In this document: piece by piece, positions 28,182-37,624 of the stretch
How positions within the stretch are numbered: position 1 is the first letter of the stretch
Layout of the letters: every line of letters begins with the position of its first letter
From: a virus
Length of the DNA: 64,000 nucleotides
Reading direction: 5' to 3' (one strand)
Virus record (IMG/VR): IMGVR_UViG_3300037149_000100
Program-made: the position numbers and the translations under genes
The notes under the pieces: model-generated
The model's database searches: none
Told to the model about the DNA's origin: nothing
What the model saw: the letters and a program-made list of their open reading frames with translations, nothing else

Positions 28182-28273
28182 AAAATGAGCCTATACGAAT
28201 TGCCGATGCGGCGGGTATAATAGCTGTAGTGGCAGTTTTGCTGGCCGCTCACTTCCTCCTGCATTGGATCTGA
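28178..28273 (+). CDS. 31-aa single-TM peptide
   Basis: GGAG RBS; MKNEPIRIADAAGIIAVVAVLLAAHFLLHWI; contains an early-type promoter. Confidence 0.45.
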   Translation: MKNEPIRIADAAGIIAVVAVLLAAHFLLHWI

Positions 28274-28274
28274 C

Positions 28275-29276
28275 ATGAAAACACTGGTCAAAACAATCTA
28301 CGGCTCCAAGCTGTTCGGCACCGCCCTCCCCGCTTCAGATACGGACTTCAAGTCTGTGTTTGTCTGTGACATGGAGGAACTGGTCTTCGGGAAGACCGCT
28401 ACCCAGAACACCGTCGAAGGGGTGGGCAGTCAGAAAGTGGAGTCGGAGGCTCACCACATCTCTCACTTCTGCCGAATGCTTAAGCAGGGTCAAACCCTGG
28501 CCTACAGTATGCTTTTCACTCCCGATCATGCGGTGGTGGAGACCTCTGATGCGTGGAAAGAACTGGTGGAGAATAAGAGTCGGTTGGTGAGCAAGAATCT
28601 CCGGCCCTTCGTTGGCTACGCTCGGAGTCAGGCCCAGAAGTACAGCCTGAAGGGCGAACGGCTCCGAACCCTTGATCACTTTATTGAAGACATCAAAATG
28701 TCCCTGGACGAAAAAGAAGTCACACGAGAGGGGCGGCTCCACGAATCCGCTTTCTGTGGCCTCCAGGAGCACTATAAGGATTCTGAGGGGGCTCGTCTCT
28801 GGACTGAGCACACGGTCAACATGGATGTTCGGCACATCGAGATCTGTGGTAAATCCTTTGGTGAGACCACTCCGTTGAAGCTGTGGCTGAAGCCCCTTCT
28901 AGACCTTCGTAATCGTTATGGGGGTCGCTCTCAACAGGCCAAAGAGGACAACGGAACAGATTTAAAGGCAATGTACCACAGCGTTCGTATTGCTAGTGAG
29001 ATGAATGAAATCCTCACCACCGGCAATCTGACTTACCCCAGGCCGGAGGCTGCACTTCTCCTAGATATTCGCAATGGCAAGCTGACGAATCGTGAGGTTG
29101 GTGATATTATCGACCGTCTCATTTGCACTGGTGATGAGTTGTTTGAAACCTCCACTCTTCGGGACAGACCTGATGACGAATGGTTGGATGACTGGCAGCT
29201 TCGCACTCAAGGGGATGCGGCTTTCTGGGCTTGGGCTGACCGTAACTCCATGGTGACACCCAATGCGCGTTCCTGA
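28275..29276 (+). CDS. Pol-beta superfamily nucleotidyltransferase (RlaP/T4 NrdC.11-like)
   Basis: YGSKLFGT...SDTDFKSVF; GYARSQAQKY; KAMYHSVR. Confidence 0.8.
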   Translation: MKTLVKTIYGSKLFGTALPASDTDFKSVFVCDMEELVFGKTATQNTVEGVGSQKVESEAHHISHFCRMLKQGQTLAYSMLFTPDHAVVETSDAWKELVENKSRLVSKNLRPFVGYARSQAQKYSLKGERLRTLDHFIEDIKMSLDEKEVTREGRLHESAFCGLQEHYKDSEGARLWTEHTVNMDVRHIEICGKSFGETTPLKLWLKPLLDLRNRYGGRSQQAKEDNGTDLKAMYHSVRIASEMNEILTTGNLTYPRPEAALLLDIRNGKLTNREVGDIIDRLICTGDELFETSTLRDRPDDEWLDDWQLRTQGDAAFWAWADRNSMVTPNARS

Positions 29277-29442
29277 CCCAATCGAACTCTCAGAGGCACG
29301 AATAGACCGGCTGATGGCTCTGTTTGTTGACGAGCACACTTGCATGGCATGTGGCAAGCACGTAGACTATGAGTTGTATTGCATGTCTCCTCTGGGGGAT
29401 GGCCCATGCGTTTGCATGGAGTGCGCGGGGGTTAACGAGTAG
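29263..29442 (+). CDS. 59-aa zinc-finger protein
   Basis: CMACG...CMEC; not in ORF track. Confidence 0.55.
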   Translation: MRVPDPIELSEARIDRLMALFVDEHTCMACGKHVDYELYCMSPLGDGPCVCMECAGVNE

Positions 29443-29445
29443 CTT

Positions 29446-30174
29446 ATGACCTTCTATTGGCGAGACGAGTGGTGGAACAAAGACCTGAATGAGTTGAGGT
29501 CCAGAACAGAGAAGCTATATGAGAAAATAGGTCGGGACATGTGGCAAGTCACGGCTGAAAAAATGATTGCACTTCGAGGCTGGAAAGTTAAGGAGTCTGA
29601 GGTTATTCCAGTCCTTCAGGAATTGGGGGTGTATTACGTCCCCAAGAAAATGGTACCCGGCCCCCTGTATGTGTTCCCCAAGGTAGACGCCGCAGGACAC
29701 GTGACCTCCGCTCAGACTAAACCCCTCCATGAACTGTTTGGCCCCGGCAAGTACCACACGCTGGGGGTGAGTCAGAAAGTCTTCCTGGGACCTACCTGGA
29801 TAGGTAACTCAGATGCAACCCTGGAGAAGATTCTTAGACTGCACTCTGTCACCCTGGTAGAGGGTCCGTTTGATTTAGTAGCCGCAAAGATACTCGCACC
29901 CAATTTGCCTATCATGTCTTCGCTTACAAAATCTGTTGGCGATAAGCACATGGCTTATCTTAAAATACTGGGAGTGAAACGCCTCTACCTGCTGTTTGAT
30001 CATGATGAGGCGGGAGAGAAATCCAAAATAATTCTTCAGAAAGTCCTTGACATTAAGGTAGAGGCGATTGGGGAATGCCCAGGAGATGACCCATCTGGTG
30101 CGTTGAAAACGGTGGGTACAAAACTGGCTCTCCGTCGAGTATTAAAGACCATAGAAGAGGAACATGATGATTGA
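29446..30174 (+). CDS. TOPRIM-domain primase catalytic subunit
   Basis: LVEGPFD, LFDHDEAG, GDDP. Confidence 0.8.
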   Translation: MTFYWRDEWWNKDLNELRSRTEKLYEKIGRDMWQVTAEKMIALRGWKVKESEVIPVLQELGVYYVPKKMVPGPLYVFPKVDAAGHVTSAQTKPLHELFGPGKYHTLGVSQKVFLGPTWIGNSDATLEKILRLHSVTLVEGPFDLVAAKILAPNLPIMSSLTKSVGDKHMAYLKILGVKRLYLLFDHDEAGEKSKIILQKVLDIKVEAIGECPGDDPSGALKTVGTKLALRRVLKTIEEEHDD

Positions 30175-30532
30175 TTCTATCCCCCTACTCAGAGGAGCCC
30201 TTTATAAGGTCTTCAAACACCGTGACACAGCGGAGATGATGGATGTATTCATCTCTGGAGAGTGCAGTCGTTACTGGATTTACAACCTCACTTTGGAGGA
30301 TGGAACCATCACTCCATTTATTGACTACTCCCTTCAAGATGGCGGCGGGTGGTTAAACACAGGTTGCTCCTACGCCGATTTCGTAGCTGCTGTAGACGTT
30401 ATAATTTCTACATGGCCCCTCTCTGAAGATATCAAAACAATTCTTGAAAATGAAAAATCCAGGCTTGCGAAATTGATGCAAGAGAGTATCAGTAATAGCA
30501 AGCCTAATTCACTGCCCAAGGAGGCAAAATGA
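30164..30532 (+). CDS. hypothetical protein
   Basis: GAGG RBS, preceded by GAGTATTA. Confidence 0.6.
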   Translation: MMIDSIPLLRGALYKVFKHRDTAEMMDVFISGECSRYWIYNLTLEDGTITPFIDYSLQDGGGWLNTGCSYADFVAAVDVIISTWPLSEDIKTILENEKSRLAKLMQESISNSKPNSLPKEAK

Positions 30533-30687
30533 GTAACGTAGCAAAGTTTTTCTATTCAGTCGGCGGAGTGGCGGTCGTCACTCTCGGTTCTTGGCTGATC
30601 GGCACCGGCCTAGTCCACGGTTTGATTGCGGGTGTGGTCCTCTGCATCGCAGCCCACATTTATATCAAAGTTATGGCGAAGGGGTAA
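30529..30687 (+). CDS. 52-aa two-TM membrane protein
   Basis: AAGGAGG RBS; two hydrophobic segments. Confidence 0.6.
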   Translation: MSNVAKFFYSVGGVAVVTLGSWLIGTGLVHGLIAGVVLCIAAHIYIKVMAKG

Positions 30688-30693
30688 AATAAA

Positions 30694-32001
30694 ATGATTT
30701 TTTGTAAAGGAACCTGGACCCTGCTGAAATTAGTGCAGGGTGATGGGGGTGTGACCCCATTGGAAGCCTTCAAGACAGCGTTTGAAGCCGCTGGATCTCG
30801 CTACATTCCTCTTGTGGCCATTAGCGAGGCTATTCACGAGAAGTCTTCTACGATTGGTCTCGCTCCCTTCCAACGGCCCCGCATGGGGGATCTGGAAGAT
30901 ATCGAGTTCTACGTGGATAAAACTGGCAAGGACTTTAAATCTGAGGATTTGGGGTGTTTCATCAACAACCAGTCCAACCTCCGTGAATGGGAAATGGCCG
31001 ATAATAAACTGTCATCGGGGTATATTCACATTCCCTTGGAGCCCTTCTGGGAGCCGGATATTAATCAGTGGGCCTTCACCCCTGGTGTGTATGGCATGTG
31101 GGTGATGATGTTCGAGTACATCGATGCGATGGATGTAAACAGCAAGAAGGAGCATCTGGCCTACAACTATGGAGCCCCCTTCAAGTTCCAGTCTGCGGAT
31201 ATCAAGAAGCAGATCACCGAACAGGTAGAGGACATCAACACTTTCGTCCGTAAGCACCATCAGGTGATAATTGACTTCAATATGGGTTACATCTGGATCA
31301 GTAGCGGTGCGAAGGCAATCCTCGAACCCATCATGACCCTGCTGGATGAGATGGGGTTGATTTTCGAAACCCCCACCGATCTGGTGGGAGACATCGGCCA
31401 GGATGACATCACTGATGCGCTGGAAGCCCTCTACAACACTTCCGTGATCAAGGATGATGTGGTACGTCGGTTGGAGGAGTTCAAGCTCCACGGGGCCGAT
31501 GGGGTGGAACCGGACTCTAATGCGGTGATGGAGAAGATCCTGAAGGCGTATTGTGCGTTCAGCGAGACTCAAGGATTCCATGTCGGTATGTCCGCACCCC
31601 TGGCACTTTTCCTGGAGCCTTGCTTCCTCTCCCCTACCTCAGCGAGGAGCACGTACGAGGTTACTGAACTCCTCAACACCCATGAGTCGGCTCGGGTTGC
31701 GGTGGCAGATATCACGTTCTGCCATTACAATGACCGCACCACCAAGAGTGGGGAGACCAGGAAGTTCCTGGAGAAGTTGTTTAGCATCCAGGCATCTCCA
31801 GGCATGTTCCATAAAGACCTTCCAGGTCTCATTGTGCGTGGTCTGAACATTGATAACTACAGGCGTTCGATTAAGACGCACATTAAGGCAACAGGAAATG
31901 CTCCGACGATTGCAGAGTATTGGAAGATGAGCTACGATTCGATGAAAGAAGCCATTTTCACTTATTATTCGGTCCTCAAGGACATCAAAGAATCCAAGTA
32001 A
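30694..32001 (+). CDS. hypothetical protein, weakly RdgC-like
   Basis: RKHHQVIIDFNMGYIWISSGAKAILEPIMTLL resembles an RdgC core segment. Confidence 0.3.
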   Translation: MIFCKGTWTLLKLVQGDGGVTPLEAFKTAFEAAGSRYIPLVAISEAIHEKSSTIGLAPFQRPRMGDLEDIEFYVDKTGKDFKSEDLGCFINNQSNLREWEMADNKLSSGYIHIPLEPFWEPDINQWAFTPGVYGMWVMMFEYIDAMDVNSKKEHLAYNYGAPFKFQSADIKKQITEQVEDINTFVRKHHQVIIDFNMGYIWISSGAKAILEPIMTLLDEMGLIFETPTDLVGDIGQDDITDALEALYNTSVIKDDVVRRLEEFKLHGADGVEPDSNAVMEKILKAYCAFSETQGFHVGMSAPLALFLEPCFLSPTSARSTYEVTELLNTHESARVAVADITFCHYNDRTTKSGETRKFLEKLFSIQASPGMFHKDLPGLIVRGLNIDNYRRSIKTHIKATGNAPTIAEYWKMSYDSMKEAIFTYYSVLKDIKESK

Positions 32002-32023
32002 TAGGTAGAAAGAGGGAGCACTG

Positions 32024-33037
32024 TTGAGTTTCTGGACCCCGGTATCGTTGAACCAAATCGTGGGCAACGCTAGATCATTGGAGTTGCTCAGGGCAATCCT
32101 GGAGAACCGAGACCGTGCTCCCTCTTCCTTTGTATTCGATGGAGCGAATGGAGTTGGAAAGAACACCATCGCTAGGTTGTTTTTCCAGGGCATGTTCCCT
32201 GGTGAGAAGCCGAGGGTAGTTCAGCCTGAGTTCTTCTCACAAACATTGCAGCAAGACGATCTACAGGAGTGTCCCTGCATCGTTTGGGACCACGCAGAAC
32301 GCCTCACCGTTGAGCAAGCGGATCAGCTCTGTGCTTATCTGGACAGGTCTGATGTGAAGTCGGTGTTCATCTTTCTGTGCGTCAACTACAACAAGGTGCA
32401 TAAGGGTTTACGAGCCCGAGCCCTGCGGATTCCCTGTTTAAAGCCAAGTCGGGCGGATCTGACAGGTCTGCTGGGCTCCATTTGTGCTAGTCATCATTTG
32501 AACTTTGAACTTGAAGCTCTAGATATGATTGCTTCTCGGACTGCTGATATCCCCTCACGGGCTATTCTCGATCTTCAGGCCATTTCTGTGTTGGGAAATA
32601 TAGCGGTTGAAACGGTGCTTAAACTTCAAACCAATATTGAAGAACAGGCCATCCAGATTTTAACTCATATCGATGACCCTGACATCATGAAACTAGCTGA
32701 TTCGATTAAGGATGCACACCCCATAGAGGAGTTTATTGACACTTTGTTCGAAGTGTACTCTACCGCTTTTTATGATAATACGAAATCTTTTGGGATTATT
32801 GCTGAGAAACTGAGTAATTATAAAAGAGTGGGAGACATCTTCATCAAGTGGAAAGCTGCCACCTCCCTCCCCCCGTCTGCTCTTTTTATTCTCATAAAAG
32901 AACTCGTGGACTCAAGAAAAATGGTGGAAACCCCTATCATTATTTCTTCCATCAAGAAGGAAATCACACGAACCCCCCCTATTCAGCCAACGGATACCTG
33001 GAAAAAGATAGTTTCTGAAATCGAGAAAAATAAGTGA
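32024..33037 (+). CDS. clamp-loader (DnaX/RFC-like) AAA+ subunit, degenerate Walker B
   Basis: P.SLNQIVGN, GANGVGKNT, WDHAERLT, LRARA in place of SRC. Confidence 0.75.
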   Translation: MSFWTPVSLNQIVGNARSLELLRAILENRDRAPSSFVFDGANGVGKNTIARLFFQGMFPGEKPRVVQPEFFSQTLQQDDLQECPCIVWDHAERLTVEQADQLCAYLDRSDVKSVFIFLCVNYNKVHKGLRARALRIPCLKPSRADLTGLLGSICASHHLNFELEALDMIASRTADIPSRAILDLQAISVLGNIAVETVLKLQTNIEEQAIQILTHIDDPDIMKLADSIKDAHPIEEFIDTLFEVYSTAFYDNTKSFGIIAEKLSNYKRVGDIFIKWKAATSLPPSALFILIKELVDSRKMVETPIIISSIKKEITRTPPIQPTDTWKKIVSEIEKNK

Positions 33038-34131
33038 TATTACAATACGGTGATATAAAAAAGCTCAAAGGTCTCAAGTGGTATATCCTTGAGGTCAGAT
33101 CAGAGCGAACAGTGGAAAATGTGATTCGCCGGGTTGGTAAGACCATGCCCACAATTTTCAAAGATGGTGGATCCTGCGAGGTGTTCGTCCCTATTGAGGA
33201 CCGAGATCTCAACTTGTTCAGCCTGTCAACCTCTTCCTACGTATTCTTGCGCTCTGATCGAAAGAAAGAGTTGCAAAAGTTTAAAGGGGTCACGGGTGTG
33301 GTGGGGATCCTTTGTGAAGGAGAGCAGCAACGCATCGACAAGGCTTTGATGGTAGAGGATGACTACGTTCAGGAGCTAATCAAAACGACAGAAGAGAAAT
33401 TCATGAAGAGCCCAGAATCCATTCAGGTAGGCTCTTTCGTTCGTATTCTTGATGGTCTGGATAAGGGGTTCTGCGGACACGTATCTCACATAGATCGGGG
33501 TTATGCCCTGATTAGGGTAGAGCTTAAAACGAGACAGATGTTCATTGATACCCCCCTTCATAATCTCAAGGATCTGAGCTTTGTTCCCTCTCACTCCAGA
33601 GTGTTCTATTACTCTGACCTAGTGGATGAGTATGTGAAGGAGTATAGTGACGAAGCCATCATGACTCTAACCAAGGATTTGAAGTTCGTTATGGAAACGG
33701 TTGAACCTGCCCCAACGGATGAACCGGATGAAAAGAAGGTCAAGTACGGTAGGCAGAAGACTGTAACCGCTATGACAAAGAAACTGATATTCAGTGGAGT
33801 AAAGGACCCAAAAATCATTATTAAAGAGACATTGGCAGCCATTGAGTCCAGTGATATCAAAAAACCAAAGAGTGCGTTTATCTTTTACTCAATCCTTAAG
33901 CAGGCCATCATGGAGACCCTGTTCAAGGATGATACGAGAATCAAAACATACAAAGATGTGGTCAAGTATTACGGGGACTCCTACCGCTTTTCCCCAAAAA
34001 TGATCGCTGAATTGGATGAGCATTCTGTTCTCCCTCCGAAAAGTGAAACTTCAGATAAATCGAATCAACATTCCACAGTAATAAAAATTAGACTGACCAA
34101 GGAGTCAAAATGCCCAACACCACCGGAGTAG
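33034..34131 (+). CDS. NusG/RfaH-family transcription factor with C-terminal extension
   Basis: NGN: WYILEV, EVFVP, SYVFL, GVVGIL; KOW: IQVGSFVRILDGLDKGFCGHV. Confidence 0.8.
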   Translation: MILQYGDIKKLKGLKWYILEVRSERTVENVIRRVGKTMPTIFKDGGSCEVFVPIEDRDLNLFSLSTSSYVFLRSDRKKELQKFKGVTGVVGILCEGEQQRIDKALMVEDDYVQELIKTTEEKFMKSPESIQVGSFVRILDGLDKGFCGHVSHIDRGYALIRVELKTRQMFIDTPLHNLKDLSFVPSHSRVFYYSDLVDEYVKEYSDEAIMTLTKDLKFVMETVEPAPTDEPDEKKVKYGRQKTVTAMTKKLIFSGVKDPKIIIKETLAAIESSDIKKPKSAFIFYSILKQAIMETLFKDDTRIKTYKDVVKYYGDSYRFSPKMIAELDEHSVLPPKSETSDKSNQHSTVIKIRLTKESKCPTPPE

Positions 34132-35195
34132 GATTAGACATCGGTACCGCTTACATCGTCTCCGCCAAGTCTGACACTGACAATAAAGTCAAAATTAGCT
34201 CCGTGCGAGATTGCTTTCTTGCTCTTCCTCTCGATCAGTCTCCCGCATTGGAGATTGCAGGCGTGGAGTTCATCGAAGGTGCAGAAGAGGTCTACGTGGT
34301 CGGTAACGATGCGATCAACCTGATTGGTGTGCTGGGTGGAGAATTGCGCCGACCCCTCAGCAAGGGCTTCATCAGCCCCAAGGAGGAAGATGGAAAGGAG
34401 ATTCTCCAACTCATTCTCCAGCAGATTCTGGGTAAACCCCAGGTTTCAGGAGAATTGGTGGCCTTCTCTGTCCCCGGTCCAATCTTTGATGTGGAGAGTG
34501 CGGTTGCACCTAAAACCAGTGGGGATACCTCCCTGGCCTTCCATACCAGCTTCTTCAAGAATCTCATCACTGACCTGGGCTACACGGCCCGTCCGGTTAA
34601 CGAAGCGGTGTCGGTGTGTTTCAACGAAACCATTTCCCCAAAGAACAAGGATGAGGTACCCCTCACCGGACTGGCCATCAGTTTTGGAGCCGGAACCACA
34701 AATCTGGCATTAATTTTCAAGTCAATTCCAGTCAAAACCTTCGCCCTGCCGTTTGGCGGAGACTACATTGATCAAATGGCAGCAAAGGCCACGGACTCTA
34801 CCCTCTCTCATATCACTCTGTTGAAGGAGCGTGGTGTGAATTTGATGACAGGAGCGGTTGTGGCCAAGGGTGAGTTTGACGACACTCAGACTGAACGTCA
34901 AGCAGAGGCTATTTCGGTAGCCTATGCGGACCTCATCACCAAGTTGGTCAACGCAACCAATAAATACTTCTCCTTTAATGAGAACAGGGTGGAAATTCCA
35001 GGCATGATTCCAGTTGTTTTGGCGGGTGGAACCACGAAGTCTCCGGAATTCATGAAGCTCTTTAACAAAATCTTCATGGAGAACTTGGATGTGCGGTTCA
35101 AGGTTTCTGAGGCACGGCTATCTGCTACCCCTCTGGATGCGACCGCTTCGGGTTGCTTGAATTACGTGAGGATTTTGAATTCCAAAAAGCAATAG
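34110..35195 (+). CDS. actin-fold ATPase, volactin-like
   Basis: Phosphate-1 GLDIGT, NEA, phosphate-2 ISFGAGTT, GGDYID, adenosine LAGGT, ATASG. Confidence 0.85.
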   Translation: MPNTTGVGLDIGTAYIVSAKSDTDNKVKISSVRDCFLALPLDQSPALEIAGVEFIEGAEEVYVVGNDAINLIGVLGGELRRPLSKGFISPKEEDGKEILQLILQQILGKPQVSGELVAFSVPGPIFDVESAVAPKTSGDTSLAFHTSFFKNLITDLGYTARPVNEAVSVCFNETISPKNKDEVPLTGLAISFGAGTTNLALIFKSIPVKTFALPFGGDYIDQMAAKATDSTLSHITLLKERGVNLMTGAVVAKGEFDDTQTERQAEAISVAYADLITKLVNATNKYFSFNENRVEIPGMIPVVLAGGTTKSPEFMKLFNKIFMENLDVRFKVSEARLSATPLDATASGCLNYVRILNSKKQ

Positions 35196-35236
35196 TTGGA
35201 ATAGGGGTTTCTTAGTTGAGGCTCAAAGGAAACCCT

Positions 35237-36112
35237 ATGTCAGATAACAAACCAACCCCCCCATTGACTCCCATTGCAGCCCCTGCCTATGTTCCAGTGG
35301 CTCAACCACGATTTCAAATGCCTACCATCAATCTGAGTGGTGGGCATATTCTTATGCTTATTCTAGCCGTTGGGCTTACATGGTGGTTGACTAAACGTAA
35401 TCTGCCCACTCAGGCAATCGCACAGACTCAGATGGCAGAGTTCAAGGCTCTTTCAGATAAGGTGGACCAGCTTGCGGGGCATGTGGTTACCCAGTCTGAT
35501 TTAGAAAGTAAGGTCAAGGCTCAAATGGGGCCAGCTTTCGTTGCTGCGGTAAAAAAACAAGATGGAACACTTACAAATCTTGCCACAGCGGTAGGGCTGA
35601 TTCAGGGGCAACTATCCGCCATGGACCACACCACTGTTCAAAAAACTCCAATTGGAGGATTTAGCACAGTTCTAAGTCAGGATAGGGGCAAGGCCCCAGC
35701 GTTGACTAGTCTCTCACTTAGTTATGATCCCGCCTCTTCAGGTTTATCTAGTCAGTGGAACAACCACACCGAAAAATTTACAGCAAATTATGGGGAATGG
35801 AGAACCAGTGCGGACGGGGCCAGATCGGCTATTTCCTTGTCCAGAGACGTTTATGACGGCTCCACAAAAATTGGAACTGAACAAATTCCATTGGTGAACG
35901 GGGACGCTTATTTTAGCCAATCTGATATTGCTAGAACTGTCCCATTACCAAAATATACGTTTATGATTGGGTCTAGTTATGACCTCAGTACTGGGAAACC
36001 CAGGGTGAGTGGGCTGCTGGGACGGCAAATCACAGATGCATCTGGTGTAGCAACTGGTTTTGTTAATAACTCCTGGACCATCCTTTACACATATAGGTTC
36101 GGAGCAAAATAA
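35237..36112 (+). CDS. N-terminal TM, coiled-coil, C-terminal beta-strand envelope protein (spanin-like?)
   Basis: TM ILMLILAVGLTWWL; ends WTILYTYRFGAK. Confidence 0.45.
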   Translation: MSDNKPTPPLTPIAAPAYVPVAQPRFQMPTINLSGGHILMLILAVGLTWWLTKRNLPTQAIAQTQMAEFKALSDKVDQLAGHVVTQSDLESKVKAQMGPAFVAAVKKQDGTLTNLATAVGLIQGQLSAMDHTTVQKTPIGGFSTVLSQDRGKAPALTSLSLSYDPASSGLSSQWNNHTEKFTANYGEWRTSADGARSAISLSRDVYDGSTKIGTEQIPLVNGDAYFSQSDIARTVPLPKYTFMIGSSYDLSTGKPRVSGLLGRQITDASGVATGFVNNSWTILYTYRFGAK

Positions 36113-36252
36113 TGCGTTTTTAATAGCAGATGTTACTCACATTTTTGTGCAAATTTGCCAATAGCATAAAAGTAAACCCGCATCTGAATAAACCGAATAT
36201 TCAATACCTTGAATAGGTGAGGAACCCCACTTTTGACATCATAGGAGATAGC

Positions 36253-36756
36253 ATGGCATCACCCATCAATCTAACCGGAGCCACAGGCTCAACTGGAACC
36301 ACCCCCTCCGTTCCACCTATCACTATCTCAATCAACAAAGAGCAGTTTGAAGCAGCGGTTCAGCAGTATCTGAATCTCTCTCCTGCAAAGGCCGAATTAA
36401 CCATCATCAAATCCCTTAACTGGCCTTCCTGCTGTGTTCCCCCAGCCCTTTGGACCACCATGGCAGATGTGGAGACCCTAATCGCCTTGGTAGCCTCAGC
36501 CTGCGAATTAGCTAAGGATGCCATCGTCAAGCAGTATGACCCTGCGGGAACACTGGGAAACAAGATTGACAACGAGATTGTCTTGGCTGTAGCCATTAAT
36601 ATTGTTGGCCAGTCCATCACTTTCGGCGGTATCTTCGGCGTCCTAGCTGAGCATCTGAAAAATGGCCTACTCTCTATGCTGGTCAGTATTTGGGTAGACC
36701 AGCAGCCTTCCAACTGGCTGGCTTTGGCAGAAAAAATTCTCGGTCTAAGTCTTTAA
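36253..36756 (+). CDS. hydrophobic helical protein (holin-like candidate)
   Basis: AGGAG RBS; hydrophobic C-terminal half. Confidence 0.4.
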   Translation: MASPINLTGATGSTGTTPSVPPITISINKEQFEAAVQQYLNLSPAKAELTIIKSLNWPSCCVPPALWTTMADVETLIALVASACELAKDAIVKQYDPAGTLGNKIDNEIVLAVAINIVGQSITFGGIFGVLAEHLKNGLLSMLVSIWVDQQPSNWLALAEKILGLSL

Positions 36757-36767
36757 TCGGGGTTCAT

Positions 36768-37046
36768 GTGTGCCTTCTCGCTAAAATCGGTGATCATGAG
36801 TACATGGCCTTTTTTAAGCCCGTGTCGCAGGGTGGCACCGAGCACAGTGGGAAGGTGGAACTCAGAGATTCCACTTTCCAAATTGTTCCGCTTGACTCTA
36901 TACTTGGTCCCATCGGGAATATCCTTGTAAAGGATCCGACTGAAGCCAATTGGCATGAAATGCCCATAGAGGAGTTAAAACGATTGACCAAGGATGCAAT
37001 GACCCAATCCCTCGTCGGTCTCCAAACTCTTTCGCAGCAGTCATGA
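36768..37046 (+). CDS. hypothetical protein
   Basis: Open frame fills the gap; start uncertain. Confidence 0.4.
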   Translation: MCLLAKIGDHEYMAFFKPVSQGGTEHSGKVELRDSTFQIVPLDSILGPIGNILVKDPTEANWHEMPIEELKRLTKDAMTQSLVGLQTLSQQS

Positions 37047-37085
37047 CAAAACACAGTATTAGTAGATCAGGTAGAAGGAGTTTGG

Positions 37086-37319
37086 GTGGGTGTCTTGAGC
37101 CTTAGTAAGTTAGACCGTATTGAACCAAAGGGCGGGACACGCTCAACATATGAGAAGAGGGCACCAGCGGGGTCCAAAGCAGCCCCCTGCTGCCTCCAAT
37201 GCAAGGCTCCATTTGATTTGGCCGAGCTGTCCATGGTAGACCAGATGGATGCGCTGGACGGAGTTGGACTTTGTGCGGATTGCCTGGAGGCAAATTTTCT
37301 TAAAGAAAATCACACATAA
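37086..37319 (+). CDS. zinc-finger protein
   Basis: AAGGAG RBS; CLQC..CADC. Confidence 0.6.
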   Translation: MGVLSLSKLDRIEPKGGTRSTYEKRAPAGSKAAPCCLQCKAPFDLAELSMVDQMDALDGVGLCADCLEANFLKENHT

Positions 37320-37380
37320 CCGAGTAATACATAACATACCAGCGGAATCCTCCGCACCCATTCACTCAAAGGAGAGTCTT

Positions 37381-37587
37381 ATGACCACCAAGCCCGATGT
37401 AACCACAATCATCAAAGGAGAGTTCGCCAAGACCGATACGCTCACTGTCAAGCAGATCAGAGCGATCAGTCCCGAACTCGACAACGCCAATCTCGTTCGC
37501 AAGGGGTTCAAGACCCTGATTGCCGAGAACCTCTGCACCCTGGAGGGCAGCAAGCGCGGATCCAAGTACGTCCGTAAGCAGTCCTAA
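37381..37587 (+). CDS. small basic winged-helix DNA-binding protein
   Basis: AAGGAG RBS; LIAENLCTLEGSKRGSKY wing motif. Confidence 0.65.
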   Translation: MTTKPDVTTIIKGEFAKTDTLTVKQIRAISPELDNANLVRKGFKTLIAENLCTLEGSKRGSKYVRKQS

Positions 37588-37624
37588 CCGGATATCCAAA
37601 GGCGAAGCAATAGTTGGTGAATAG

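Noticed and set aside
36113-36252. Replication origin in the AT-rich gap
   Set aside because: No iterons or DnaA boxes seen; partly explained by a late-type motif
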